DNA of 64,000 bases from the human T2T-CHM13v2.0 reference genome, Homo sapiens, in assembly GCF_009914755.1 (NCBI RefSeq), contig NC_060936.1; one strand, written 5' to 3'. Below are positions 42,140 through 52,700 of this stretch, piece by piece; position 1 is the first letter of the stretch; each line of letters opens with the position of its first letter. Below the pieces are notes generated by a model. The model was not told the origin of the DNA. It saw nothing but the letters and a program-made list of their open reading frames with translations, and searched no databases. Both the position numbers and the translations under genes were made by a program.

Positions 42140-42747
42140 CCCGGCAAAATGACGCGGCCAGCCAGTGCAAGGCATCTGCAGAACAAATCCAAGTCCTAAA
42201 CGCACTGCTTGCTGCCTTTTCTTCTCCTTCCTTTCTTCTGATTTTTCAAGTTTGTTTGCCCCCCTTCCCCTCCTCCCTCCAGACTGCCAGGGACCTGGGA
42301 GCTGCCTGCAGATCAGCCCGCACATGTATTTAACCCCTTCCCTGCTGCAGCAGGAGCCAACCACCTCTTTCCTTGCAATCTTCAGGTTCCCAGAGGACCT
42401 GGAGCTTGAGAAAAGAACTCTGCCAGTGGATCTGAAACTGGGGCCTGAATCCCTCCTTTGACCAGGGCGAGAAGCTGGAGGAGGGGGGCAAGTGCGGGAA
42501 GTGGGGGAGGGCAGGGAGGCGGGCCAGATGAGAGGGAGAAAAGCAGAACCCGACAGAGCACGCCCAATCCAAACCTTCATGGTGCTGTGTGGCTGGGTGG
42601 AGGGAACGACTCGGCAGCCTCTTCTGGCCCTGAGGAAGACGTCGATATTTTGGCACGAGGGGAGCCACTGAAGGACTACCCTACCCTTGCGAGGGACCGC
42701 AGGAGGTGACGCCCCTGGGCCTCGGTGGGCGCTTCTGGCGGTTTTCG
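42140..42747 (+). promoter_or_regulatory. NTF3: Probable upstream NTF3 promoter (promoter A type) and 5'UTR
   Basis: TGACG CRE half-sites (~42150, ~42707), TATTTAA at 42327-42333, GGGAGGCGGG GC box at ~42514-42523, CAGATG at 42525-42530, CCAAT at 42564-42568; at the 5' edge of the CpG island. Confidence 0.55.
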
Positions 42748-42786
42748 ATGTGGCAACCCCCATCAGCCAGGATAATGATGAGGCAG
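42748..42786 (+). CDS. NTF3: Probable alternative upstream NTF3 first exon (exon IA-like) encoding MWQPPSARIMMRQ, phase 0
   Basis: ATG TGG CAA CCC CCA TCA GCC AGG ATA ATG ATG AGG CAG|GTACAA: 13 codons ending in a phase-0 donor, the same phase as the MVTFAT exon. Rodent Ntf3 is known to use two 5' exons/promoters. The peptide resembles an alternative NT-3 N-terminus as I recall it (unverified). Confidence 0.6.
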
Positions 42787-44184
42787 GTACAATCTATCTA
42801 GTACGCAGCCCCCAGACTCCCCCCTCCCTTCCCACCTCCCCATCCAACCCCCCAGCTACTCTCTGCGGCCGGTTGGTCCTGAACTGGTGGGTGCAGTTCC
42901 GATGTTTAACCAAATTCTCAAGCAATTTCAAGGTATTTGGATTTTTTGAACCTGGGCCCTAACCGAAACGCGGAACGGCTTGCTTATTAGACACCTCGAA
43001 CGACAGGGCAGGGAGGAAACGGGATACTCGCTGCCCTTCCCAGTCGCGCGTGAGTCAAAAGGTCCTGGCAGGAGATGATGTGAGGAGCGGCTGAAGTGGC
43101 AGGGAGGAAGGGATGAGGGGCTTGGAGCGGAGGTCCACCACGCAAGGACTCGGGAAGCGGGCAAGTGGGCAAAACTCTGCTTCCGGGCTCTCGATTTCTC
43201 GTTGATCACTAAGTGGTATTTTTCCCCCTTCTCTCGATGGCAAATGGGCGAAATCAAGATGACTTAACTTGGTAAATTTAGAGAGAACGGCTCGGAGCAA
43301 GTGAGGTCTAACGGGCAGCTAAAATTATCTCCAAATAAGAGATTTTGACCCCCTCCCCCTATCCTCTCCTCGAATGTATCCACCGGTGGGGAAGTGAGCG
43401 TCATTACTTTCGGGGCGCCACGAACAGGTTTGTTTGTTGCTCGCCTTTCCTGCTTCTCGCGCTGTCCCCGCGTGCAGACTGGTGGGTGCTGGGCGAGTGA
43501 TTAGCTGCAGGGCCCCATCCTAGTTTGGAAGGAAGGGGTTTAGAAGTTGGAGGATGGGTGAAATGGGAGGCTGCGATCCATCTCCCTCTCCCTTCCACAC
43601 TCAAGCTCCCGCAAACACGCGCGCGCACACACAGCCCCTCCCTAGTCCCTCGGACCACCCGCCCCCACGCCCCTCTACCTTGACCTCCCTTGACCGCCGA
43701 CACAGCGTCCTGGGTGCGGGTCCCCGGGAGCGGGGAGTTCGCCGGGGAGCGATTGTCCTTGGGCGTGTTCGTGCTGTGGGGTGGGGGGAGGAGTGGCGGG
43801 TGGGCTTGGTAGGGGGTGGGGAGAGATCTGGAGCTGGAAGGGTCTAAGGTTTGGAGGAGGAGTTTACGCCTCAGACCTGATCCTCCTGAGGAAAAAGGCA
43901 GGAAAAGGCCCTGATGCCTTGTAAAGAAAATCTTGAAAGAAAAAAGATCAAAAAGAAAAATTTCAAGAAAAAGAACCACTAAGAAAGGCTGAAGACACTA
44001 ACATGTAACCTGTTACGATACATTTAACGTTTCGTTTTTTCCTGGATCTCTAAAAGGGAACTCAAGGGTGGGGGTTACTGAAGAATACTACAGATTTGGA
44101 AGTTTTTGTTGCTGTTGTTGTTTGGTTTGGTTTTGTTTTTCAAGAGGGGCCAGGAGAAATGACCCCTTCCCCGCCACGGGTCCC

Positions 44185-44350
44185 GAAGTGAGGGCGGGGG
44201 GGGGGCTCTGGGGCGCGGGCGCGCGCGGCGCGGCGCGGGCCGGCGGGGGAGGGCGGCGCGGCGCGGAAGGGGTTAAGGCGCTGAGCGCGGAGCCATCTGG
44301 CCGGGTTGGCTGGTTATAACCGCGCAGATTCTGTTCACGGGACTCAGAGT
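44185..44350 (+). promoter_or_regulatory. NTF3: NTF3 proximal promoter (promoter B type): GC boxes, E-box, TATA, Inr
   Basis: GAGGGCGGGG and GGGGAGGGCGG Sp/KLF boxes at 44190-44260, CATCTG at 44294-44299, GGTTATAACC at 44312-44321, Inr near 44346. Confidence 0.85.
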
Positions 44351-44576
44351 TGAAGCTCCTCTCCCTTCCGAACAGCTCCGCGCACCGCCCCGCGACGCAG
44401 CCCGGCGCAACTACTTTCTTCTCTCTCCTTTCTTTCTTCCTCTCCTTTTTCCCCTGCTGGGTAGTGGCTGCGGCGGGGTGGGGGAGACTTTGAATGACCG
44501 AGCTCGCGTCCACCTTTCTCTTCATGTCGACGTCCCTGGAAACGGCCACACGGATGCCATGGTTACTTTTGCCACG
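44346..44576 (+). other. NTF3: NTF3 first exon (5'UTR plus 18 coding nt; probable equivalent of rodent exon IB)
   Basis: Inr-like CTCAGAG about 30 nt downstream of TTATAA; pyrimidine-rich UTR; ends at the GT donor at 44577. TSS is approximate. Confidence 0.85.
44559..44576 (+). CDS. NTF3: Neurotrophin-3, first coding exon of the long precursor isoform (MVTFAT), spliced in phase 0 to the main coding exon downstream of the window
   Basis: GCCATGG strong Kozak, then ATG GTT ACT TTT GCC ACG followed by the donor CG|GTAAGG at 44577. MVTFAT matches the known N-terminus of human NT-3 isoform 1 (MVTFATILQVNKVMSILF...). It lies in a CpG island about 245 bp downstream of a TATA box. Confidence 0.95.
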
Positions 44577-44788
44577 GTAAGGGGAGGCGGCGGGCACCTT
44601 GGGTGGGCAGGTTTGGGGATGGGGGTCCACGTGGGGAGGGATTTTCCAGTGGACTGGTGCGGGGGGCCCCAGATCCGCATCCCGCCCCACCCCCATCGCG
44701 CCGCGCTCACTCACTTTCCCGGGCTTGTGTCTTCCCCAAAGTTTGCGCTGGGATCTGCTCAGGCCGAAGCGCAACCGCAGCCACCCCG

Positions 44789-44790
<2 letters not shown>

Positions 44791-44831
<41 letters not shown>
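44791..44831 (+). repeat. (CA)20 microsatellite, probably the well-known NTF3 dinucleotide polymorphism
   Basis: Perfect AC repeat about 215 bp into intron 1; a polymorphic CA repeat near the NTF3 promoter/first intron is established. Confidence 0.9.
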
Positions 44832-44837
<6 letters not shown>

Positions 44838-46694
44838 GACACCCTTCTCCACCTCCTCCCCTCTTGTCCCTCGGCTGCCCAAGAAGCTTCCCTCAATCTG
44901 GGAAAGTGATCAGGTTTAAGGGACCTGGATTGGAAAGGGTGGGGGCAGAAGAGGGGAAATGGGGACGACGAAAGAGCAGGAAAGAGATTCAACAGAATCA
45001 ACCACCCACCACTCCCAACCGACCCGCCTGCTCCTCCGAGAAAGCTCCTAGCGCATCCTATAACAAAAGGGGGTGGCAGACAGAACTCCGGGCGGGGAGG
45101 TGCCGCGGCAGCTCCCCTGCACACGCCCTGCACTCTGCCGGCCGCTGAGCCTGATTCTCAGCTCGCCCCAGCACCACTCTGGCCCGGGCGTGGGCTGGGG
45201 GGAGGGGACGCGCAGCTCAGGACCCGGAACCTCGCGTTCCAGTTTTGGGAGTTGGGACTCACTGCCACGCGCCGCGTACCTGCGTTGGAGTTCCCCGAAA
45301 GGGTTTTTTCAGAAAAGACCTCGCGCCCCGGGCTCCTCTTGGCCAGCGCCCACCCGGTGGCCACCCCACCCTGGGCCTTTGCGCAGATGTTGGAGCTCCG
45401 TACGCAGCCCGCACATCTGGGACCCCTCCGGGGAGCGGCGGGCACCCGGGCCCGGCCATCCCAGGGGATCTCCTTGCGGTATCGTCCAGCCTGTTCTCGG
45501 ACTTTGAGCGGTGGCGTGGGAGGCCGGGAGACCTGGGCACCCGCGCAGCCAGCCAGGTCGGAGTTTAAAGGTCCCACGACGGACCGAACTGTCCCATTGC
45601 CCCAGAGCTTTACTCAGTGGTGGATGCTCCTGATGAAATTTGGGACGCTTGGGAGTTGAAGGTTAGGGACAGGAGGGGCGAGGGCCGAGGGCATGGGATG
45701 GGGGAGTAGGATTCTGCTTGTTGCTCTCCGCGGGAGTGGGTGCGCGTCCAGGAGGCGCTGCTTCTTTGCGGGAGTTTGGCTGCTGCGTTCATTCGTCGTC
45801 TGCGCTTCAGATGCACGGCACTGAGACCCTTGCGTCCGACGGTGTCGGGGCTGTGGACTAGAAAGGATCCCTTTTGCTGGAATCGAGGCTGGGGTGGGAT
45901 TGCCGGTGGGGGAAACACCGAAAAGATCGTCTGGCCTCGGCCTCTGGCGGCGGGCGGCAGGTTCTGAGTCCGAATGGAGGTTGCTCCCGGGAGCGCCGGG
46001 CTCAGAGCTAGAGAGCTCGGGAGACTGTGCGCCTGTGGACTTGTTTATGTGTGTGAAGAGGCGGGGGCGAGGGCCTGCTGAGAGGGGAGGGGAGCCTGGA
46101 AGGGGTGGGTGTTTCTCCTGGAGCCTGATGTTTGTAACTCAGCTGATTATGGAGTGCACTGAGCGACCTGCTTTTTAAATAAAGAGGTGCCCGCTCCTAC
46201 CCCGCAAAACAGCGAACGAGGAGAACATGGAAGCGCTCTGTCCTAAACGTCAGGATGGGAGAAAGTTGTAACATAGAGGAGACTTTTCCAGAGGTCCTGT
46301 TTTCACAACACTCAGAAGTTCTCCAGCGTACTCAGCCTGCCTCCCGCCTGCCCTCAATTCCTTTTTGACATGTCACACAAAGAAAGCTGAAAGGTAGAAT
46401 GTGGAGGATAAACTCCAACCCCCTCTGCCTTGGGCGCAAACACACAGACTTAGGTATCGTGTTAGGAGGTAAGGGGGTTGGAAAATAATGCAGGCTCCGG
46501 TAGACAGTGTTGAAGGGAGATAGAAAGTCTGGGGTATTTCCCCTAGGGAGAGTGTGTGGGATTTTGTGTTGGTGAGGACTGGAGTGTAGCTGGACTTAGA
46601 GGGTTTGGTTGTGTGTGAATGGGATATGCTTATCTATGGAGTGAGATTGTGACCATTGAGTGAGTGGTCAGGGAGGGATGGGGATGTTTTTCCA

Positions 46695-46696
<2 letters not shown>

Positions 46697-46732
<36 letters not shown>
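46697..46732 (+). repeat. (GT)18 microsatellite
   Basis: Directly visible. Confidence 0.97.
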
Positions 46733-46734
<2 letters not shown>

Positions 46735-49700
46735 GGGAAGGTGGCAAAAGAGCTGGAGTCCTATCCCTCTTTGGTGCCTGGGAGGTGTGTGTTTCTGGGG
46801 AGTCTGTCGGATGGGCATCTGTGTGCTTAGCGGGAGACAAGAGCTTGCAGGAACATAGGTGTAGCTAATGCGAAATCTGTGCCTATGAAGGGTGTCAGAG
46901 CAGGAGGAGAGGTGCAGCCTGTTGAAGACAGATGGCTTGTGCATGCCTGCACAAACACATGGAGTGGGTGTGGTGTAGGAGGGCGGCTGTGTGTGTGAGG
47001 GAAAGGTGGATGCATGTGGAAGGTTGGGCGCCTGAGGATTACCAAAGGGATGTGTGTGGGGGGTGGGGGAAGATTATCTGAGGAGCACGGGGTTTGAACT
47101 TCATGAGGGTGCACTGGGAAATTTGGCTGGAATGGCACTGGGGCATGTAGGGGGTAGAAAAGTGTGAGCTCAGATCCTCTTTATGGAAAGACAAAGCATT
47201 TGCAGGGAAGGACACCGGGTTGGTGTTGGTGTTTGCCTCCCCCCTCCTTCCTCCCCAGAGAGAAGAGAATTGGAGGAGGCTTAGAATGAGGGATGTACAT
47301 TTAAGGGGAAAAGTCCTTGTGCATTGGCACTGGGTGGGAACAGGAAGAGATGTGTGCATAAGACTGAAGTAAGTAGAGGAATGCACTATCTGTGCCTGGT
47401 GTCAGGGATGCATGTTGTATAATGTTTTGTAATGGGTTTCTTATGTAATAGGAGAATTCACTATCACCAGTTCATATTGATAATCAATTAAAGCTAATGG
47501 AGTGCCTACTGGATGCTCAGCCCATTGCTGGGTACTGGGGCATGGCACACTGCCCTGGAAAAATTCCTTCTCCAGGCTCAGTAAAACTGATGCAATTTTG
47601 CCAGAAATAGACAGAGCTCGACGCTTGTTGAGGTTTCTTCAAGGTCTATAATTCAGTTTCTAGAGATGTTTATGGATCTTGGGGGCCAAAGGGAAGCTGA
47701 CTTGAAATATATCTCTGGTTTTGTAAAAAGTGGGGCATAAAGAGAGGGATGATGTAGACTTTTGTGTATTGGGAAGGGAGCTGGACGGTGTTGTTGTTTC
47801 TTGTGTGGGGTGTGGGCTGGGAATTGGAGGGTGCTGCACTTCAGGTCAGAATGCAGGTCCAGATCCCTCTAAGGATTGAGTTTCTAAGAGTACACAGAGC
47901 CTCCTTCATAGCTGGAATGAGACCTGTTATGTGGAGCTGGAGAATGGTGAAGTCATGATCAAGGAAGAGATGGACTGGGAGTGTTTGTTCATCTTTGATG
48001 TTTTCTGGGCTACGAGTGTAAAGCTAACCTGAGTGTGTGTTGGGGGGGTGGGTGTGCATGCAGGTGCGTGCACATGCACTTTGGCCTGGAGTAACGTAAC
48101 TGGGAGAAAACTAGCGAGGTGGATAGGAGGGGTGGATATTCTGGCTCTTGTGAAGGGGGTGCCAGTATGTGTTTTTGCAGGAATTCTGTGTGTCTGGGGA
48201 AGGATAAAAATTGTCTTGGATACTCAGATGTGCATCTTTAGCGAAAAAAGGTGTACACAAAAGAAGGGCCGTAGACTTTGGGGAATGAGACAAAGGTGTC
48301 GTTGATCGGGTCCATACCCTGAGATGGCTGGTGAGGCAACTGGGTAGGAACAGAGTGAAGGCTGTGCTTTTGTGATGCACACATCTGCCTGTCTGGAGCA
48401 GACGATGGGGATCCCCATTTGATTAGGTTCTGACCACCGTTGGGCATATGTTTGGGAGGACTTTATTTGACTCATGACATTTTTGAATTCATGAAGTTAC
48501 AGCTGTGCCATTTTAAGGGTCTACCTTATTTTTGAGAGGGAAACTCATCTGTGTAAGAGATAGTTTATATAGGGCTTGACTATTGGTCAGAAGATCCGGG
48601 GCAGATATTTCTGAGAGCAGGGTGGTGAAGTGCAAGACTGGATTGGGAATGTCTTAGTTCTAGTCCAGTTCTACCACTTGGGAAAAGTGTGACTTTGGGG
48701 ACATTTTTAATCTCTATAACTCTTCTGTTTCTCTTTTTGTAAAGGGGCAATATAATGACTCAAGGAGAAGGAAAGTTCACTCCTCTTTTCCCCCATCAAA
48801 ACTTGATGTGTTTAGTTGTATACAGCCATACAAAGATGAAATGTAATTAAATACAGGTGCTAGCACGTATGTAGGTCATTGTGAAAATAGGATCTGGACC
48901 CCTTTCTCTTTACAATGCAACTTAATCAGTAATCATGATGCCCACAGCATCTCTACTGCTCACTCATTGTGTAAATAAAACTTTTTATAACTGCCTCAGT
49001 TTACTCATCCAGAAGCTGGAGGCAGCCAAACCTAGATTATAGATGATGGAAATCTTTAAGATCTTTGAGCTATTCAGAGGAAAGGTAGTCTAAGAATCAA
49101 TGTTATTAATGATCAGAGACAGACATTTCTTTATTTTTTAACATCAGCTATGCAGACCACAGCACCAAAAGAAATGTGACGTGGAGAACAGCAAAAATAA
49201 TAATTGCCCTTGACATAGGCACCATTTGAATAAAAGAAGAGCAAAGTCTAGCCTGCCTGGTAAGAGGAAAGCCTGGGCTTTGGGTCTTTGAAATTCTTTG
49301 TGCCCAGTGCAGCAAGTTGGGTACAGCCACTTTCCCCAGAGATGAAGATGGAGTCGTAGAGGGGCATGGAAACACACTGAAACCTCCGATTCCTCCCAGA
49401 AGTCAGTACATGCTGTCAACTCCTGGCTCAGAGTCAGGCTCCCATCCTTGAGTTCAGTGGCCATAAATAGTCAGGAGCTAAGCTATTTCCAAGAGGCACT
49501 AAACTAATTCTGTTGCTTTTCTTGGCGAGATTGGGCCAATTAAGTTGATTGGAAGAGGTCACTGCTGATGGGTCTCACATTCCCCAGGCGGGACAGGCCA
49601 GCAGAGTTTAATTACATAACATTTCCCATGTCTTCACTTCCACTCCCAGATGTATCAGATGTTCAGGCCTCTCCTCTTTCCCTACATTCAGGATGCCTGA

Positions 49701-52700
49701 CGGAGCAGGCGGCTTCTGCTACAAGCTTCTCCAGACCTTTTCCTGAGCAGTTACAGCACTCCCACCCCAACTGGAGGGAATGCAAGTCTGTGCATTGCCT
49801 GGAAGTGAGAGAGGGGATGCAGGCTGACACAGAAGATCTTTAGAGCCCACCACCCTGCCTCAAGCCTCACCCGCGGCTGTTTTACTCTTTAACGAGGCAG
49901 GCAGTTTCTGGCGTTGGGGATGTTGAACTAATGACCGTTGCTAGGGTTTTAGATTTAGTTTTATTTAAAAATGAGTTTGTTGGAAAAGGACCAAATCTTC
50001 TACTGGAGACAAGCCTAAGCCCCGTGTGGTGCTGCTGATAAGGTCTGTGGATGTACTTTGTGCATGGACAGGCATGTGTGGAGTAAGAGGAGAGCACAGG
50101 ATGTGCGTGCGTGCGTGCTGGGGGACACGTGAGCGTAGGAGATGCCCTGGGTAGATGGGGCATTTGTAGAGCTTATGTTATGGGTGGCAGGTATCTGGAT
50201 GCTTGGCTCAGATTGGATTGTCATTGGATTGCTTCTTACAGGTGGGACAGCCTGAGAAAAAAGTTGGGGACACCTTCCTTCAGATCATTTTTATATGGGC
50301 ATGTTGAACCTTGAAGTATGAGGCCAGTGTAGATATTACCTCATTCTTGCCTGGATGGATTTCTAACAAGATTGAGGCTGGACAAAAAAAAAAAAAGTCT
50401 TTCAGAGGACTCATTTTAGAACCTGTGAGAACACATGTAGATGGCCCCAGAGCGTTAAAGTATTTTTTGTTGTTGTTAATAGTTTTCCATAACTCAGTCT
50501 TTTGTTTTACCTAAAAATACTGAGAGGCTAGAGGTTGCACACACCCCCACATGGTCAGAATGCATTTGCTGTTCATGTCCCCATCTGTGCCATGGTCCTT
50601 CTCAAATAGGATTAATTGGGAACTACGGAGAGCTTGCCGCAGCTTTGGTTGTCCTCACAGGACAAACCTATGACTGACCGTGATGTCATTGAAACAGAAC
50701 AGATTTTGACGTGAAATTTCGTGTGGTCTGTTGTGATTGCTCACTTTTTAGTAACATCTCCAGAGAAGACATTTGTTGAGCCCCATTTTTTTTTGTGGGT
50801 TTGTTCAGTCAGAGATTTGTTGGAAGATTTAAGGTTCTCCAACATTCAAGGCCAGAGATTTTGGAGGAAACAGTAGCTAACAAGAGCCCAGGCCAGGGTG
50901 ACCTTCAGTAGCCTGAGGCAGCAGGTAGCTGCCTGACTTAGAAGTGAAGGACCAGGTTCAGTGACTGGGCTCTGTCACTAATTAGCTGCTACTGTGTGAC
51001 CCTGGACATTCTCTGTAGGACATGACTTTGCCATCTGTAAATGAAGGGCTTGAATTAGAAGATCTCCCAGTCCCATTCCAGCCCTGTCACTGTAGGATTC
51101 CACAGTAGCCACATCCTCCTACCTAATCAGTGCTAATTACCTCACTTGGAGTGCACCCTGGCACGCCCTTAACGAGCTCCTGTTTTTATCTTTGGGGAAT
51201 GGCTGAGTCAAAGGCAGAAAAGCGTGCAAAAAATTTGCCAGAGTGTTTCCTTTTGGCCAAGAATGCTCTAAACATTGGCTTAGCCTACACAGGGTGTGCA
51301 GAGCTGAAAGGGGTGGGATTTGGCTTTCTGGTAGGTCTGATGCTAATCATTCAGCTTCCATGTGAATGTCTTTCAGTGGCAATGTCTCTGACTAAGGTAA
51401 GCATCCATCTTTAAGATGATGGATGATGATGATGATGACAGTTAATATTAGAGTACTTACTGGGTGCCAGGCATTTTTACAGCTATTACATGGCATTATC
51501 TCAGTACTCAAAATAATCTCATTTACAGATGGGGGTACTGAGGTTATGTGAGGTTAAGGGGTATGCTGATGTTCTTGGCTTTCCAGCCTGAAGTCTGTGG
51601 CATCCCAAGCCCATCACCTGCTAGTCAGATTCTGTTTTTTATGTCTGTGATGTCATCCAGATGGGAGCTGGGTCCATCTTCTTCTGCAAAGTTGGTCACC
51701 CCATAGGGTAACCTGCTCCCTGCCCCCGGAAGCCTCCTTGTCATGTGCAAGACAAATGTTTAGGTTTTCTAGCCACCTGCTGGCAAGCATGTGTCAGATC
51801 TGTCTCAGCCTCCATTGGCCCTCTCCCTTTACTTCTTGTTCTGTTGACAAGGGAACCTGCCCTTACAGAATACGGATATTGATTTAAGCCACAATTGCCT
51901 CCTTGTAAACTCTATAAAATTGGAGCTGGACATCTGGTTTTGATCCACACGCCCACGAGAGGTGGTAGGTCCCAGCATTCTTGAGTCCTGGAATTGCACA
52001 GAATCAAAGTGAAAAAGAATATGAATGGAGAGCATGAGGTATCTTTAGAATTTGGAAGATGGCTTTCTTTGATAGGCTAGGGAACTCACACCATTTAGAC
52101 TGGGGCCAAAGTTAAGGTAGGTTTCTTGCTGGGAGGTTGGGGGGCAGGGGTCACTGCTAAAGACTGAGGTCCCCAGGCTGTGTTTGATGCAGAGCAGAGC
52201 AGCTGTAGAGCCCTCCAGCTGAGGATTTGCCACTGCACACCATTCTCTGGGCAGTACCAGAAATAGAGAAGCCAAACAGGTTCTTGGGGTGGATGTTGCC
52301 CTGTTTGAAGATTGTGACTAAAGGCTCATTCCTTCTTCCTCCACTGATTTCCTCACCATCACTACCACATATACATCATCAAGACAGTTAAGGACAGGTG
52401 ACTTTGTTCTGTTGCTTAAACATATTTGCATGTACAAATAAATGTTGAACACTAACCTAATGCCTATTAGACCATAGGTACTCAAAAATTATGTATTTAC
52501 TTTGCTTAAAATAACCTTTCATGTGTAGGGTGATAATTTTTTTCTTCATATGGAGTATATAGCCTTTTAAAAACTGATAGCCAGGTTCTTGCAATTTACT
52601 TCCCCCTTCCCTCTGTTTCTAGATCTAAGACCCCAGCATTTAAAAATATCCTTCTCTGGCTCTAAGTGATCCCTCAGGGAGTTTGTTTCAAGTTCTCAAT

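Larger units (their letters stand above)
42130..46210. promoter_or_regulatory. CpG island spanning both NTF3 first exons and the start of intron 1
   Basis: Sharp rise in GC content and CpG density (many CGCG, GCGC) relative to CpG-depleted flanks; boundaries by eye. Confidence 0.9.

Noticed and set aside
41873-42763. 296-aa minus-strand ORF, the longest in the window
   Set aside because: Lies in the GC-rich promoter where stops are rare; low-complexity R/P/G/S composition; no recognisable domain.
45055-45075. Second TATA-like CCTATAACAAAAGG in intron 1
   Set aside because: Poor TATA match, not a CArG box, and no convincing downstream exon.
43404-45967. Many overlapping 100-260 aa ORFs on both strands, including 44088-44882 and 44478-44909
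   Set aside because: CpG-island artefacts, several reading through the CA repeat (HTHT/CVCV). Only the MVTFAT codons before the donor are supported.
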